NCBI RefSeq assembly: GCF_006345805.1
Contig: NC_043003.1
Location: 19,220,001-19,284,000, forward strand
Direction of reading: 5' to 3'
DNA length: 64,000 nucleotides
Source: Octopus sinensis
Taxonomy: Eukaryota
Shown: positions 35,868-49,130 of the stretch, piece by piece
Layout: the number at the start of each line of letters is the position of its first letter
Position numbering within the stretch: position 1 is the first letter of the stretch
Program-made: the position numbers and the translations under genes
The notes under the pieces: model-generated
Told to the model about the DNA's origin: nothing
The model's input: only the letters and a program-made list of their open reading frames with translations
Databases searched by the model: none

Positions 35868-37458
35868 ATAACAACAATAATTCTTTCCCATTTAGACAGG
35901 TCAGTAATTTTGAAGGTAGTAACAAGACAGTTACAATGACCTCAGTAGTTGACTGGTACTGTATTTTATTGTTCCTGAAAGGTGCAAAGTATTTGAACTG
36001 AGAATGTAAAGCGCTCAAAGAAATGTCACGAAGCATTTTTTTTATCTCAACAAGTCTGCTAGCTTACCATCTTAATACTACCACCACCACCAACAACAAC
36101 AACTCTTTCTGATATAAGTACAAGGTTTGAAATTTTATGGGGGAGTATTGACCCTAATACTTGACTGGTACTCATTTTATTGATCCTAAAGCATGAAAGG
36201 CAAAGCCAACCTTAATTGTACAATGTGGTTCTCATCAATATAATTTCGTAATTGTATACTTTCTTTCAATACTTTGAAATTTGATTGGTCAGCTTTTACC
36301 TTTGCCATTCCTCTTCAGCACAGTTAACACACTAAAAATGCAAAAGCTTAACTTTTCTTCTTGAAAATGTCATGCTTTATTAAAGTTACTGAGGCGTTTT
36401 CATTATTTCAAATATAGTTCACCATTTTATGGGGAACAGAGACAACCAAACAGTGAATATATATCATTCTCAAGGTGGCAAGCTGGCAGAAATATAAGCA
36501 AACTGTATGACAGTGACTCACTTTTACAACTATCACATAATGTCAAGACAAGGAAATAATAACACACTCATGTACACACACACACACAACAGGCTTCTTT
36601 CAGTTTCCATCTCCTAAATTTACTCAAAAGGTTTTGGGTGGCCCAGAACTACAATACAAGACACTTGTTCATGGTACTACACAGTGGAACTTAACCCAGA
36701 ACCATGTGGGTAGGAGGAAAACTTCTCACCACACTGCCCTGTCTATAAATGGTACCCTATTTTTCTTTTTTCCGCTTCAGTTAAAATCAAGTACAAAATA
36801 GTACAATTTATATATGAGTAAATATGATAGTTATACTAACCATTAACATTTATAAAGAAGGAAAAGAGACTATGTGATACTGAAATATATATATATTATA
36901 TAAAATCCGTTCTGTCTGTGTATGTCTTCTAGGATCTTGGGCATCCTCCATCTGATTGCACTTGAATTTGATATGTAGATACCGACGGTATCAGGGCATA
37001 TATAAGTCTTGAAAAAATTACAAAAATCGATTCCAGGTGAGAATGCGATCAATAAAACCGTTTTTGTCCTGCTTTTTTTTCCGTCAACCTGTACATAACT
37101 GCACCTTCCATTTTTTGTTGTTTTTGTACTGCTTAAAGGCACGTTTCTTTCCTGCCAAACTTACTGTTTAAACCATGTTTGTGTTCTCCCAGTCAACAGC
37201 CTTATCATTACTGGTACTTTAAACTCTTCAGTTGCATATTTGTGTGAATAAAATCGCTTTTCTTTGGAATAGAAAAAAAAAATCTATCTTTATTTCTTCT
37301 TTTGCTGGTGTCTCAAATTTAGGTTAAATCAGTGTTTCTCAAAAGGGAGGCCTATGGGGCGGTCGGACAAGTTGTTTTGAGAAAATTTGGCTTAAATGTT
37401 TGACAACTCAGCACCATCCATTGGATGGGGCAGTTTTGCTCGTGTGTGTGTATATGTA

Positions 37459-37501
<43 letters not shown>

Positions 37502-37747
37502 GTAGATATATTTGAGTGGCATATAGAAGTTATTGTCAAACAAAATGAAATTGCACCATGTAAGCAATGACAATAACCAGTCAAATAGGGTGTGTACTGT
37601 GACTGCAATAAAACAATTTTGGCAAAAATATATCATACTAAAAAAAGAAAAAAAGGTAACTTTGGTGTAATAAATTTGGAGACAAAATAATTTATATCGT
37701 GATACTGTAAGATCAGATTTGTTACCACGCCCAAAATAAATGCCCTT

Positions 37748-38048
37748 ATATATATATATATGTGCGTGTGTGTGTGTGTATGTATATATATATATGTGTG
37801 TGTGTGTGTGTATGTATGTATATATATATGTGTGTGTGTATGTAATATATATATATGTGTGCGTGCGTGTGTATGTATATATATATATATGTGTGTGTGT
37901 GTGTATATATATATATATTGTGTGTGTGTGTGTGTGTGTGTATGTATATATATATATATATGTGTGTGTGCGTGTGTATGTATATATATATATATGTGTG
38001 CGTGCGTGTGTATGTATATATATATATATGTGTGCGTGCGTGTGTATG

Positions 38049-38095
<47 letters not shown>

Positions 38096-38155
38096 ATATA
38101 TATGTGTGTGTGTGTGTGTATGTATATATATATATATACATACACACACAGACAT
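37748..38155. repeat. Compound (TA)n/(TG)n microsatellite
   Basis: Directly visible; produces the low-complexity YIYI/HTHT ORFs. Confidence 0.95.
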
Positions 38156-38514
38156 ATATTCATTCATTCATTAAGTGAAACATCACTAGAATGACCCTGA
38201 TCTATTTGTAGCCCACAATGTCGTGATCCAATTTGTCATGAAAGAGTGAGAAAGTGACGTCAACGCAAATGGATTCTTGACATGTGATGGGAAGTTAATT
38301 CAGTCTGAAAGTTTGAATTCTTGGCTACCCAAGTCCATCTCTTATCATAGTAGTTATTTCATGGATAAAACACATAAAATAGGGGTGGGTGGAATATGAA
38401 TGATTAAATCCAACACTGCTGCTACTTATTATATTGATCCCCAAAGTCAGGCTCTAGCAAATCCAAATAGTGAAACATATATTTTCCAGAACTCCACTGT
38501 CCTATTACATCATA

Positions 38515-38810
38515 CTGTATCTTTTTTACACCTTTTTACTTGTTTCAGTCATTGGATTGCGGCCATACTGGAGCACTGCCCTGAAGAATTTCTTTTTTTA
38601 GTCAAATGAATTGGCCCCAGGACTTATTTTTTAAAGCCTGGTACTTATTCTTGAAGAAATTTTAGTGGAATGGATCAATCCCAGTACTTTTTTTAAAAAA
38701 ACAAAAAAACCTGGTACTTATTTCATCAATCACTTTCATTGAACTAATAAGTTACAGGGATGTAAACATTCCAACACAGGCTGTCAAGCAGTAGTGGGGA
38801 ACAAACATAC
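38515..38810 (-). mobile_element. SINE family B, 3' part
   Basis: ttttacttgtttcagtcattggattgcggccatactggagcactgcc. Confidence 0.65.
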
Positions 38811-38895
38811 ATATATATAGTATATCAACAACATATATATAAACAAACTTATATTTGCTTCTTTTTTAGAAGCATTGAATGTGTATTGTATTATA

Positions 38896-39201
38896 CAGAC
38901 AAGAAAGTAATATTTTGAATGCAGTACCACTGTGAAAACAGCAGAAAAATTAGGTATTATTACCCTTGCAAGATGGAAAAAAAGTTGTCAACAAAGACAC
39001 AGGACATGAACCTGCATCTCTTAAGAGACCAGCTGAGTATTTTACCATTGTGCTAAACTGCCTACTGACTAGTGTCAACAAACAGCCAGGGAACTGTGAC
39101 TGTTTGTTGACAACTTTTTCCATTTTGCAAGGGTAATAAATACCCAATTTTTCTGCTGTTTTCATGACATTATTGCATTCAAAATATTACTTTCTTGGTT
39201 G
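38896..39201. mobile_element. MITE with ~105-bp terminal inverted repeats, TA-flanked
   Basis: aagaaagtaatattttgaatgc...gttgtcaacaaa is inverted as tttgttgacaac...gcattcaaaatattactttctt. Confidence 0.8.
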
Positions 39202-39444
39202 TAGAATATATATACACACGATGGGCTTCTTTCAGTTTTCATCTACCAAATCCACTCATAAAACTTTGGTCAGCTGGAGGCTACAGTAGAAGACATTTGC
39301 CCAAGTGTCTTGTTGCGCTTATGTTGAATCATGGTACAACATTTTTCCCCTTCATATTTTTAGCTTTGCCCTTTGTCCAAGTGGTACCTGAGTTTTTTGG
39401 GGGGGTTTTTTTCCATTTACAATCCAATATAAAATAATGCAACT

Positions 39445-40230
39445 TCATCATCATCATCATCGTCGTTTAACGTCCGTTCTCCATGCTAGCATGGGTTGGA
39501 CGGTTCGACCGGGGTTCTGGGAAGCCAGAAGGCTGCACCAGGCTCCAGTCTAATTTGGCAATGTTTCTACAGCTGGATGCCCTTCCTAACGCCAACCACT
39601 CCGTGAGTGTAGTGGGTGCTTTTTACGTGCCACCTGCACAGGAGCCAGGCGGGGCTGGCAACGGCCACGGTCAGATTGGTGTATTTTATGTGCCACCGGC
39701 ACGGAAGCCAGTCGAGGCGGTGCTGGCATCGGCCACGAGTCGGATAGTGCTTTTTACGTACCACCAGACCAGGGATCCTGGCTGGTTCAATTCGATTTCG
39801 CTTGCCCCAACATGTCTTCACAAGCAAAGGGGGTTGGCAAGGGTGCCTGTCGTACGGTCGCATTGGAGTATTTTACGTGCCACGGCCACGAGTCGGATAG
39901 TGCTTTTTACGTACCACCAGACCAGGGATCCTGGCTGGTTCAATTCGATTTCGATTTCGCTTGCCCCAACATGTCTTCACAAGCAAAGGGGGTTGGCATG
40001 GGTGCCTGTCGTACGGTCGCATTGGAGTATTTTACGTGCCACGGCCCCGAGTCGGATAGTGCTTTTTACGTACCACCAGGCCAGGGATCCTGGCTGGTTC
40101 AATTCGGTTTCGATTTCGATTTCGATTTCGCTTGCCCCAACATGTCTTCGCAAGCATGGGGGGTTGGGATGGGTGTCTGTCGTCGGATGAGGTTCTATAT
40201 CAACTTCGCTTGCCTCAACCGGTCTTACGT
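39445..40230 (-). mobile_element. Family D with internal 153-159-bp tandem triplication
   Basis: (cat)n start; units begin at ~39734, 39887, 40046. Confidence 0.85.
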
Positions 40231-40599
40231 CAGTCATATTAATCATTAGTTACAAGGCTTAACATTTATAAAGAGGTGGGGAAAGAGATTACATGATATT
40301 TAAAACCTTTTACAAGGACATAGACACCATGACTGAAGTGAAATTTCAATTGCAAAAAGAATTCCAATTGGCTTATAGGAAGCTAGTTTTAGAATGACTC
40401 ACCCAACCAATGAGAAAATATTTATTCAATTTGGCAAATAAAGTTGTGAATGGAAGAGAAGTACAAAGATGTGATGTTCTTGCTTTCTCCAAAAATATTA
40501 GCTGCCTTTGTGAAATGAAACAAAATTACTGACAGGAAAACAAAATGCAGATTCAGCTCTCTGGGCGGCATCTTTTTGTTTTGACTTAAATACATATCT

Positions 40600-40950
40600 T
40601 TTGTCTTTTTCTTGTTTCAGTTATTGGACTACAACTACTCTGGGGCACTACCTCAAAGGGTTTTAGCCCAACAAATCAACCCCAATACTTTTTCATGTCT
40701 GGTACTTATTTTATCAGTCTTTTGATGAACTGATAAGTTACAGAGGGATGTAAACAAACCAATACAGTTGTCAAGTGGTGGTGGTGGTGGTGGAACAACA
40801 ACAAAGAGATACACACACACACACACAGAGGCTTCCATACACTTTCTGTCAAGCAAATTCACTCACAAGGCATTGGTCAGCCTGGGGTCATGGTAGAACA
40901 CACTTGCCTGAAATCATATGATTGCAAAGCAAGATCTTTAACCATTTAGC
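40600..40950 (-). mobile_element. SINE family B, degenerate
   Basis: tcttgtttcagttattggactac...aaattcactcacaaggcattggtc. Confidence 0.65.
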
Positions 40951-42112
40951 CAATACAAAATTCTAGGTAATTAATACAAGATGAGTATAGACATAGCCAT
41001 GTGTGTGTGTGCATGTATAACAACACACATGTACAGATGTTGGGTGTAATGAAAAAGAGGAAAGTAGTAAACACATGCAATAGCATTTAATCTGCTCAAC
41101 TCAACTTGTTATTGAATAATTCAAAGTGTGTCGAATTTATCACTTGGAGAAATGAATCTGGTCAAGGTTGAGTAATTGAAAATTAGCAAAGAAAATTGGA
41201 AAACAACATAGAAAGGTCAAATTATGGTCATGCTGATACATATCTACAAAAATAACTGTCAGGACTTGGTAGAACACAAGTAAATTATGTGCAGACAAAA
41301 TGTACTCTAATTAAAAATAATTACATTTTATTCTTGTTTTACAACATAATTCATACATGAGTAACAGCCAGAATACAACTTTGTCAGAGTGATGTGAACT
41401 ATCTAATCATCTTTAAAAGAATAACTGATGACTTGCATGGCGACTTTGTTTAAGGTGAAGAAGGGCTGCACACCGTCAACCTCACTGTCATCTGTGACCA
41501 TCTTCAATCCAGTGACAATGTCTGAGGATGGAGAAGGATATGTCTTACTTGCCTCATCTTACTCTCTGCACTCCACAATACATTGCTACCGCTGTCTTCC
41601 CCTCTGTTGAAGCATGAAAGCTTCTTCTGCAGAGCCTGCCGTATCCAGTCTGCACATGCTAATTAACCCATAACTGGGACCCTCTGGGTCAGAGTAGAGA
41701 ACTCCAAACCAAGACCCTGCTGCCAGAGGAAGTGTAAAGTCATACCCAGGACAGCATAGCCAAAATACATTACTACTGATGACATATTCAAATTTCATAA
41801 TTCATCACACCTACCATTTAAATCCACCTGATTTCTTACAAATTTCAATCACTTAGTCTATGCAATTAATTAAAAAAGATTGACAGCTGAGTTGCTTAAT
41901 AAAAGACTTGATCTGAGGTTGTGTCTTGAAACTTAAAAGGAGAAGTCTTGCTAACCATTTAAAAATACACAAAACAGCTACCTTCACTGACTTATCTCTT
42001 AAAATTATGAGAGTTATGAACATGCACTAACTGACACACAGACTCTCTCTCTCTGTCTCTCTCTCTCTCATACACACACAGTCATATTCATTTGTGTCCT
42101 TTCCTGATTTAA

Positions 42113-42566
42113 CCCCTTAGCATTTAAACTAGCCGTATCCAGCCAAAATACTCTTCCTGTTTTTTTACGTTCAAACTGGGCAGATCCAACCTTTCATGCC
42201 TACCCTACAATGTTAATCTAAAAAATTTACAATGACATCATTGAACTCTTGAATCTACAACATAATGCATGATTAACCCTTTTGTTACCGTATTTATTTT
42301 GAGATTCTCTGTGTTTCTTTCAATTAATTTTCAATATAACAAAGAATTTAGTAAAATAACTTAGTTCTCATTAAGCTGGTGTTAGGAACATAAATTGTGA
42401 TTAAGGTTTGGTGGAAGATTTTAATTCAGAACTTTCGAAAACAAGACATCTATAGTACAGAGCCAGAGGCAACTTCAGCTGGGTTGGTAACGAAAGGGTT
42501 AATTCAAAAACGAATCTAACAAATAAGCATTATTACATTTGATAGAATAATTTGAAAGCTAAAGAA
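42113..42566. mobile_element. piggyBac-like MITE (outer), interrupted
   Basis: TTAA|ccccttagcattt ... aagctaaagaa|TTAA. Confidence 0.55.
42277..42498. mobile_element. piggyBac-like MITE (inner)
   Basis: TTAA|cccttttgttacc ... ggtaacgaaaggg|TTAA; TTAA at 42273-42276 and 42499-42502. Confidence 0.75.
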
Positions 42567-43134
42567 TTAAGATGATAGCTTTTGATTTAATCCTTTGGTT
42601 ACCATATTTCTATCTTTGTTTCAGTTAATTTTTATAAAAATAAAAAATCCTTAAAAGTAGCTTTGTCATTATCAAGCTCGTGTTTGAAACCATGAAATTT
42701 TGATGGAAGATTTCTAGGAAAATAGCAAGTTTTTATCATAGAAGAACAGGAGATAGTCTTAGGCAGGTTGGTATCAAAAGAGGTAAAGAAAACTTAGCTC
42801 CTACATCTAGCAAGTCACACATGCCTGCGTAAAGGTCTTCCCTCATTGGCTCAAAGTAAATGCTTATTGCTGTCATGTAATCCCAGCTCAGTCATAGTTG
42901 AAAACTAAAGAAAGACATTCCAGCTATGACAATCTCATTGATTGTTAATCAGAAAATATATTCTATACACCCTTTACTTATGGGTGTGACTTCTGGCTGC
43001 TATTCTTTGCAGGTTAAACAAAAACTGAATTATTCTAAGAACTTGCCATGCCCTGACATACCTGATAGTAAGATTACTTGGTATTAGGAAGAGCATTTGC
43101 GGTATCTGCAATACATCTGTTCTATTCCTCAATA

Positions 43135-43700
43135 TTTAATGTCTGTTTTCCATGCTGGCATAGGTTCGATGGCTTGATAGGAATTGGCAGGGCCAGGGGC
43201 CACACCAGGTTCCATTGTCTATTTTGGCTGAATGTCCTTCCTAATGCCAACCACTTTACAGAGTGTATTACGTGGAACTGGCACCTGCACCTCTTACATG
43301 GAACTGGCACGAGCGCCTCTTACGTGGAACCGGCACCAGTGCCTCTTACGTGGAACCGGCACCAGCGCCTCTTACGTGGAACCGGCACCAGTGCCTCTTA
43401 CGTGGAACCGGCACCAGCGCCTCTTACGTGGAACCGGCACCAGTGCCTCTTACGTGGAACTGGCACCAGTGCCTCTTACGTGGAACTGGCACCAGCGCTT
43501 CTTAAGTGGAACTGGCACCAGTGCTTCTTAAGTGGAACTGGCACCAGCGCTTCTTAAGTGGAACTGGCACCAGCGCTTCTTAAGTGAAACTGGCACCAGT
43601 GCTTCTTAAGTGGAACCAGCACTAGTGCTTCTTAAGTGGAACCAGTACCAGTGCTTTTTTACGTGAAACTAGCACCAGTGCTTTTGTATGGCACTTGGTT
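43135..43700 (-). mobile_element. Family D with 26-bp minisatellite
   Basis: tttaatgtctgttttccatgctggcatagg head; array follows gagtgtat. Confidence 0.8.
43269..43683. repeat. ~16 x 26-bp tandem minisatellite (TACGTGGAACCGGCACCAGTGCCTCT)
   Basis: Period 26 (43269, 43295, 43321, 43347, ...). Confidence 0.95.
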
Positions 43701-43988
43701 TTAGGACCACAATTCTGTTGTGGTGGGTAGGTCTTCTTGAGTTCAGCAATGTGCAACATATCTCGGTCCTATTTGTCTAACAAAACTAAAACATATAAAA
43801 AAGATGTAAAATTATAAAGAAACAAATCAAACCTATTAAATTTTGAATTACTTTTGAATTTGCAGTGAGGCTTTTCTGTTGTCATTTTTTAATATATTTC
43901 ATTTGATATACAAGATATTCTCAGTTTAATGGTAGTCAATATATATTACTATGAGTTTATTTGCAGATAGTCAAAGTAGCTCAGAAGG

Positions 43989-44190
43989 ATCAGATGGCAG
44001 AATTGTTAGGGTGATAGATATGATGCTTAGTGGCATTTCTTCCAGCTCTTTACACTCTAAATACAAATCCTGCTGAGGTCAGTTTCATCTTTCATCCTTT
44101 CTGGATCAATAGAATAAGTACAAGTTGAGCACTGGTGGGAAAGTGATGTAATTAACTCCCACCTCCAAAATTGCTGGCTTTGTGCTAAGA
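43989..44190 (+). mobile_element. SINE family C
   Basis: gatggcagaattgttagg...tttcatcctttctggatcaatagaataagtac. Confidence 0.6.
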
Positions 44191-44587
44191 TCGTGTGTAT
44201 GTGCTTTTAACATTTTAAATGTCGGATAGTTTTTTCCTCTTAACTGCATGAACAATCTCAATGAATCAAAATTTTCAATTCATTGTACTACATACATGGA
44301 CCCCTACCATATTTGCAATTATGCAGGATGCTTCTTTGGGATATTATCTACAGTCATATCTATAGAACAAGAGCATGGTGCAAATTACAGAGAAATTATT
44401 CCTTATTTCACCAAAGGTTCAAATATGGTTCCAGCATTAACAAATGCAATTCCAGAAAACATGTAGGTTACAAGCAAAATTATACCAAAACTAAACCAGA
44501 GATACAATATCCCAATCAATCACCACTGGGTACTATTTCTTCTCTTCTCACTACTACTAAATATGAACATTATAATTATTATTTTGT

Positions 44588-44826
44588 GGAGTCACGTGGC
44601 TTAGTGGTTAGGGTGTCAGCATCATAATCATAAGATTGTGGTTTTGATTCCAGGACCAGGCAACACGTTGTGTTCTTGAGCAAAACACTTCATTTCATGT
44701 TGCTCCAGTTCACTCAGCTGGCAAAAACAAGTAACGCTGTGATGAACTGGCGTCCTGTCCAGCTGGGGAACACATACGCCCAGGAAACCAGGCCCATGAG
44801 CCTGGCTAGGCTTTAAAAGGGCGTAT
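44588..44826 (+). mobile_element. SINE family A
   Basis: tggcttagtggttagggtgtcagc...atgagcctggctaggctttaaaagggcgtat. Confidence 0.8.
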
Positions 44827-45645
44827 TTATTATATTTTATTATTATTGACAATGGTATTTCTTTATCATTAATTTTCACTTGTTAAGTAACATTCCAGCA
44901 ATCCTCTCTTACTAAGTTCCCAAATTTGAAGTGGTGTCAGATGACACAAATTTACTTTCATGCTGCTGTTGATGTTTGGCTTATGCAAAAATATAAAAAA
45001 AATATTTAAAAATTCCCATTAGATCATTTTTATTGTTTTCTTTTTCAACCCAACCAAATTGCATTCAAGGAGGGTTATTCCACAACAGTTTAAGGATTGA
45101 CCCAGAAACACAATTAATTGATCTTCTGCCTTCCTCTATATCCCATCCTGTTACATCTAGCTAGCTATTAATCAACCAATCTGTACTGTACTATAGAATA
45201 TATAGATGTATTATTAATCAATGTTAAGTAGAGACAAATATACAGCACCTTGTCAATATTGTTTGTGGTCAGAAAAAGAAGGTCAGCAGGAATAGTTTTG
45301 ATCCTGTGTTGGTATTTTATTGACAACTAAGCAACAGTCCATGGAAATACATGCACTGCTTATAGAAACTGCATTATTCAAGGTCTGAAGGATACTGCAT
45401 ACATTGTGCACTGTTGGTAGCTTGATCAATCTTGTACTATAATTCTGCTTGTTTTTGCATTACGTGACACTTCCGCGTGATTAGTTAAAGGGGGATGGGA
45501 GGGATGAAAGGGGTGGAGGCAGATGGAATGGATGGGGGTGGGAGGGAAGAGGAGAGAAATGGGTAAGGGGAGAGGTGGTGGTGAGTGAAATGTGAAATTT
45601 TTACAAAGCAGTGAAACAGGGGCCGTGACTACTGAGGACATGTTT

Positions 45646-46245
45646 AAGCTTGCAAGAAATGAAGCTAGTATGCTCTACTGGATGTGTAATGTCAGTGTGC
45701 ATACATGACAGAGTGTAAGTACCCTGAGAGAAAAGTTGGACATAAGAAGCATCAGATGTGGTGTGCAAGAGAGACAACTGTGCTGGTATGGTCATGTGTG
45801 AAAAAGTGTTACACCTTAGCAGTAAAGGGAACCTGTGGAAGAGGTAGACCCGGAAGACCTGGGATGAGGTGGTGAAGCATGACCTTCAAACGTTGGGCCT
45901 CAGGGAGGCAATGATGTGCAACCCAGACATTTGGAGATATGCTGTGCTTGAGAAGACCTGGCAAGCCAAGCAAGACCATAACCATGGCCTATGCCAGTTT
46001 AGCATAACTGGCCCATTTAAGAGTATCCTTCAATCACTGGACAATAAACTGTGCTTGAGAAGACCTGTTGAGTCAAGTGAAATTATTATTGTGGCTGATG
46101 CCAGTACTGCCTGACTGGCACCCATGCTAGTGGCACATAAAAAGCACCATTTGAGCATAGCTAATGCCAGTGCCGCCTGACTGGTCCCATGTTGGTGGCA
46201 TGTAAAAAAGCACCATTTGAGTGTGGCCGTTGCCAGTGTAATAAG
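45646..46245 (+). mobile_element. RTE-clade LINE: ORF C-terminus plus 3'UTR (parent of family D)
   Basis: KLARNEASMLYWMCNVSVH...LREKLDIRSIRCGVQERQLCWYGHV...GRGRP.KTWDEVVKHDL; the following UTR aligns with the reverse complement of 49780-49870 and contains gtggcacataaaaagcacc units. Confidence 0.8.
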
Positions 46246-47040
46246 AGACCAAACCCCAAACCACAAGCTTGCAAAGTAAACTTGTAAACCATAGAATCCT
46301 ACACACACACACACACACATTGGGGTGGAGAGAAAGACTGTAAAAAGAATGAGAAAGACATGCAGCACCAACTTTCATATAAAATGCATTAGTTTACAAT
46401 TCTTTTTTCTTTCCTTTGTTCAGTTTCATTTCAATTTTAATTCTGACGACACCAAAATCCAACAAAAGAAAAAAGCAACAACCATATCCTTATTTAAAAA
46501 CAACCACACCCTTATTTATATATTTATGGGTTTTTGTTACATAAACTTTGTCTCTGGATTTAATAGGAGTTACTAAAAGTTAAAACTTCAAAAATTAGCA
46601 AAAGGAAAGTGTGTGTGAGGGGGAGAGAGAGAGAAAGAGAGAGTGGAAGATTTAGGTGTAAGAAACAGGATTGTTGTTGTTTTGCCCAAGGTGAAACCTG
46701 ATCAAGCAGCTCAATGATCGAATACATTCCAGCAAATGACCATTCTGTCTTTCTTCCAACATAACTGTCTTTATTAAAATAATTATTATTATTAGTTTTC
46801 TATTTGAAACTACAGTGTAGTTTGAGACTGATTTAGCTGCTACATCTAGCAGGTCAAGTGACCATGTAGAGGCTTTCTTGTTGTTGAAAGGGAAAAGGAG
46901 GATCAGTGAATGCATGTAGGTGCATAGTGGGAGCAGTATGTTTTTCATGTATGAATGTTGCAAATTTAGGGAGGAAAAGAGTGACCAGTTATCAAGTTCA
47001 CTGAATTAGAACTTTAAAGGATATGCAATAATATAAATTA

Positions 47041-47770
47041 TTAGGCTGTCAAGAAAGTTCTTGCGGAATTTTTAATTTTGGTTTTAAATGATGTATTTTC
47101 AAATTAATTTTCGTTAAATTACTTTTTCGCTCTATCTAACTGTGTCACTCTTTTTCTTTTTGAATAATTAGGCCATTTTTTTCCACAACTTTGAATACAA
47201 CATGGACAAAAAGCAAATTCGCACAATTTTCTTATTCCAGTTCAAGCTAGGCCAAAAAGCTGCTGAAACAGCTCACCAATATCAACGATGCAGTTGGCCC
47301 AGGAACCACTAATGAACATACAGCACAATTGTGGTTCAAGAAATTTCATAGCAATGGCGAGAGTCTTGAAGATGATAGGCATAGTGGTCAGCCATCGGAT
47401 GTTGATAATGATCAACTAAGAGCCTTAGTCTAAGTCAATCCACGCACAACTGTTCAAGAGATTGCTTCTGAATTAGACGTAACATATACAACAAATTTCC
47501 AACTGCTTGAAAGAAATTGGAAAAGCAAAAATACTTCAGAAATGGGTGCCGCATGAATTGAAAGGCAACCAAAAAAATGCCATTTTGAAGTGTCGACTTC
47601 CCTTCTTTTATGCAACAAGAACGACCCATTTGCAATGAAAAGTGGAATCTTTAACACAACTGGCAACACTCAGCTCAGTGGCTGGTCACCAACAAAGCTC
47701 CACGGTACTTCTTGAAGCCAAAGTTGCACCAAAAGAAGGTCATGGTGACTGTTTGGTGGTCTGCGGCCAA
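47041..47770 (+). mobile_element. Hsmar1-like (cecropia-type) mariner, 3'-truncated and decayed
   Basis: TA|ttaggctgtcaagaaagttcttgcgg TIR; ATG at 47202: MDKKQIRTIFLFQFKLGQKAAETA...WFKKF...LEDDRHSGQPSDVDNDQLRA; KWVPHEL; KKVMVTVWWSAA. Confidence 0.9.
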
Positions 47771-47789
47771 TATTCACACACATACATTT

Positions 47790-48018
47790 ATACTCTCTCT
47801 TTTCTTTTAACTCTTTTACTTGTTTCAGTCATTTGACTGTGGCCATGCTGGAGCACCACCTTTAGTCAAGCAAATCGACCCCAGGACTTATTCTTTGGAA
47901 GCCTAGTACTTATTCTATCAGTCTCTTTTGCTGAACCGCTAAGTTACGGGGACATAAACACACCAGCATCAGTTGTCAACCGATGTTGGGAGGGGACAAA
48001 CACAGACACACACACATA

Positions 48019-48096
<78 letters not shown>

Positions 48097-48259
48097 GACG
48101 GGCTTCTTTCAGTTTCCATCTACCAAATCCACTCACAAGGCTTTGGTCGGCCCGAAGCTATAGTAGAAGACACTTGCCCAAGGTGCCACGCAGTGGGTCT
48201 TAACTCAAAACCATGTGGTTGGTAAGCAAGCTACTTACTACACAGCCGCTCCTTCGCCT
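47790..48259 (-). mobile_element. SINE family B, full length
   Basis: Reverse complement closely matches 3005-3397, including the internal (TA)n. Confidence 0.85.
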
Positions 48260-49130
48260 ATATATTCATACACACACATATATATTCACACACACACATA
48301 CATATATACACACACACATGCACGGCTGCATGGTTAAAGAAGATTACTTTCCAATCACATGGTTTGATTTTATCTTTTGTTATTGATCATATATATATAT
48401 AGTATACTGTTTCGTTAAGCCTAGTACTTATTCTAAGTTACGGGGATGTATACACACCAACATCGGTTGTCAAGCGATGGTGATGGGGGGGACAATCACA
48501 GACACAAAGATCCACACATAAATATATATCTAAAATCTATAAGATTGAAGTTTTCTATATGAATGTGTATTTGTGCGTGTACAAAAATTTAATGTAGCTT
48601 AATAAATTCTACATCTTTCATCCAATTTTTTAAAATTTTATACACAGCTGCTCCATATCCCAGACCCGAACATAGGCTACTTAGGATTTTTTTAAAATCA
48701 ATATTGGGGCCTCTAAAGCAATTGGAAACCAACAATAGATGATCCTATTCATTTGCATTAATCAGCTGTTTTATAATCTGTAGGGTCTTCCATACATACT
48801 TTTTAAGATTTCTTTATAAAAGTGAAATGATTTTGTCTATTTATTTCCAGTGTCCACCAGCGATGGTGATTAAACTGACTAGGATCACTGTACACACACA
48901 TTTCTACAATTCTCAACCAATTTTCAAACTTTACACACACATTACTTATGTCCTATGGATGGTCATGCACTAACATTTTGCCCAGAGCTCACACACAAAT
49001 GGACATCGTTTTTTTGTATGTAGGGTCTTCCATACTTTTTAAATCTTTTTATTAAAGTCAAAGGATTATGTCTATTTATATCAACTGTCAACCTGCCACG
49101 GTGAATGAATTGACTAGGAACACTGTACAT

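Noticed and set aside
37352-38194. Long [12 protein letters not shown] ORFs
   Set aside because: Translations of (TA)n/(TG)n microsatellite
39483-40249. 235-aa ORF with internal repeats
   Set aside because: Antisense reading of a family D tandem triplication; the same MLAWVG start recurs at every family D copy
41400-41800. GC-richer unique-looking segment with short ORFs
   Set aside because: No splice-consistent or homologous protein recognised; may be a LINE 5'UTR, but not supportable
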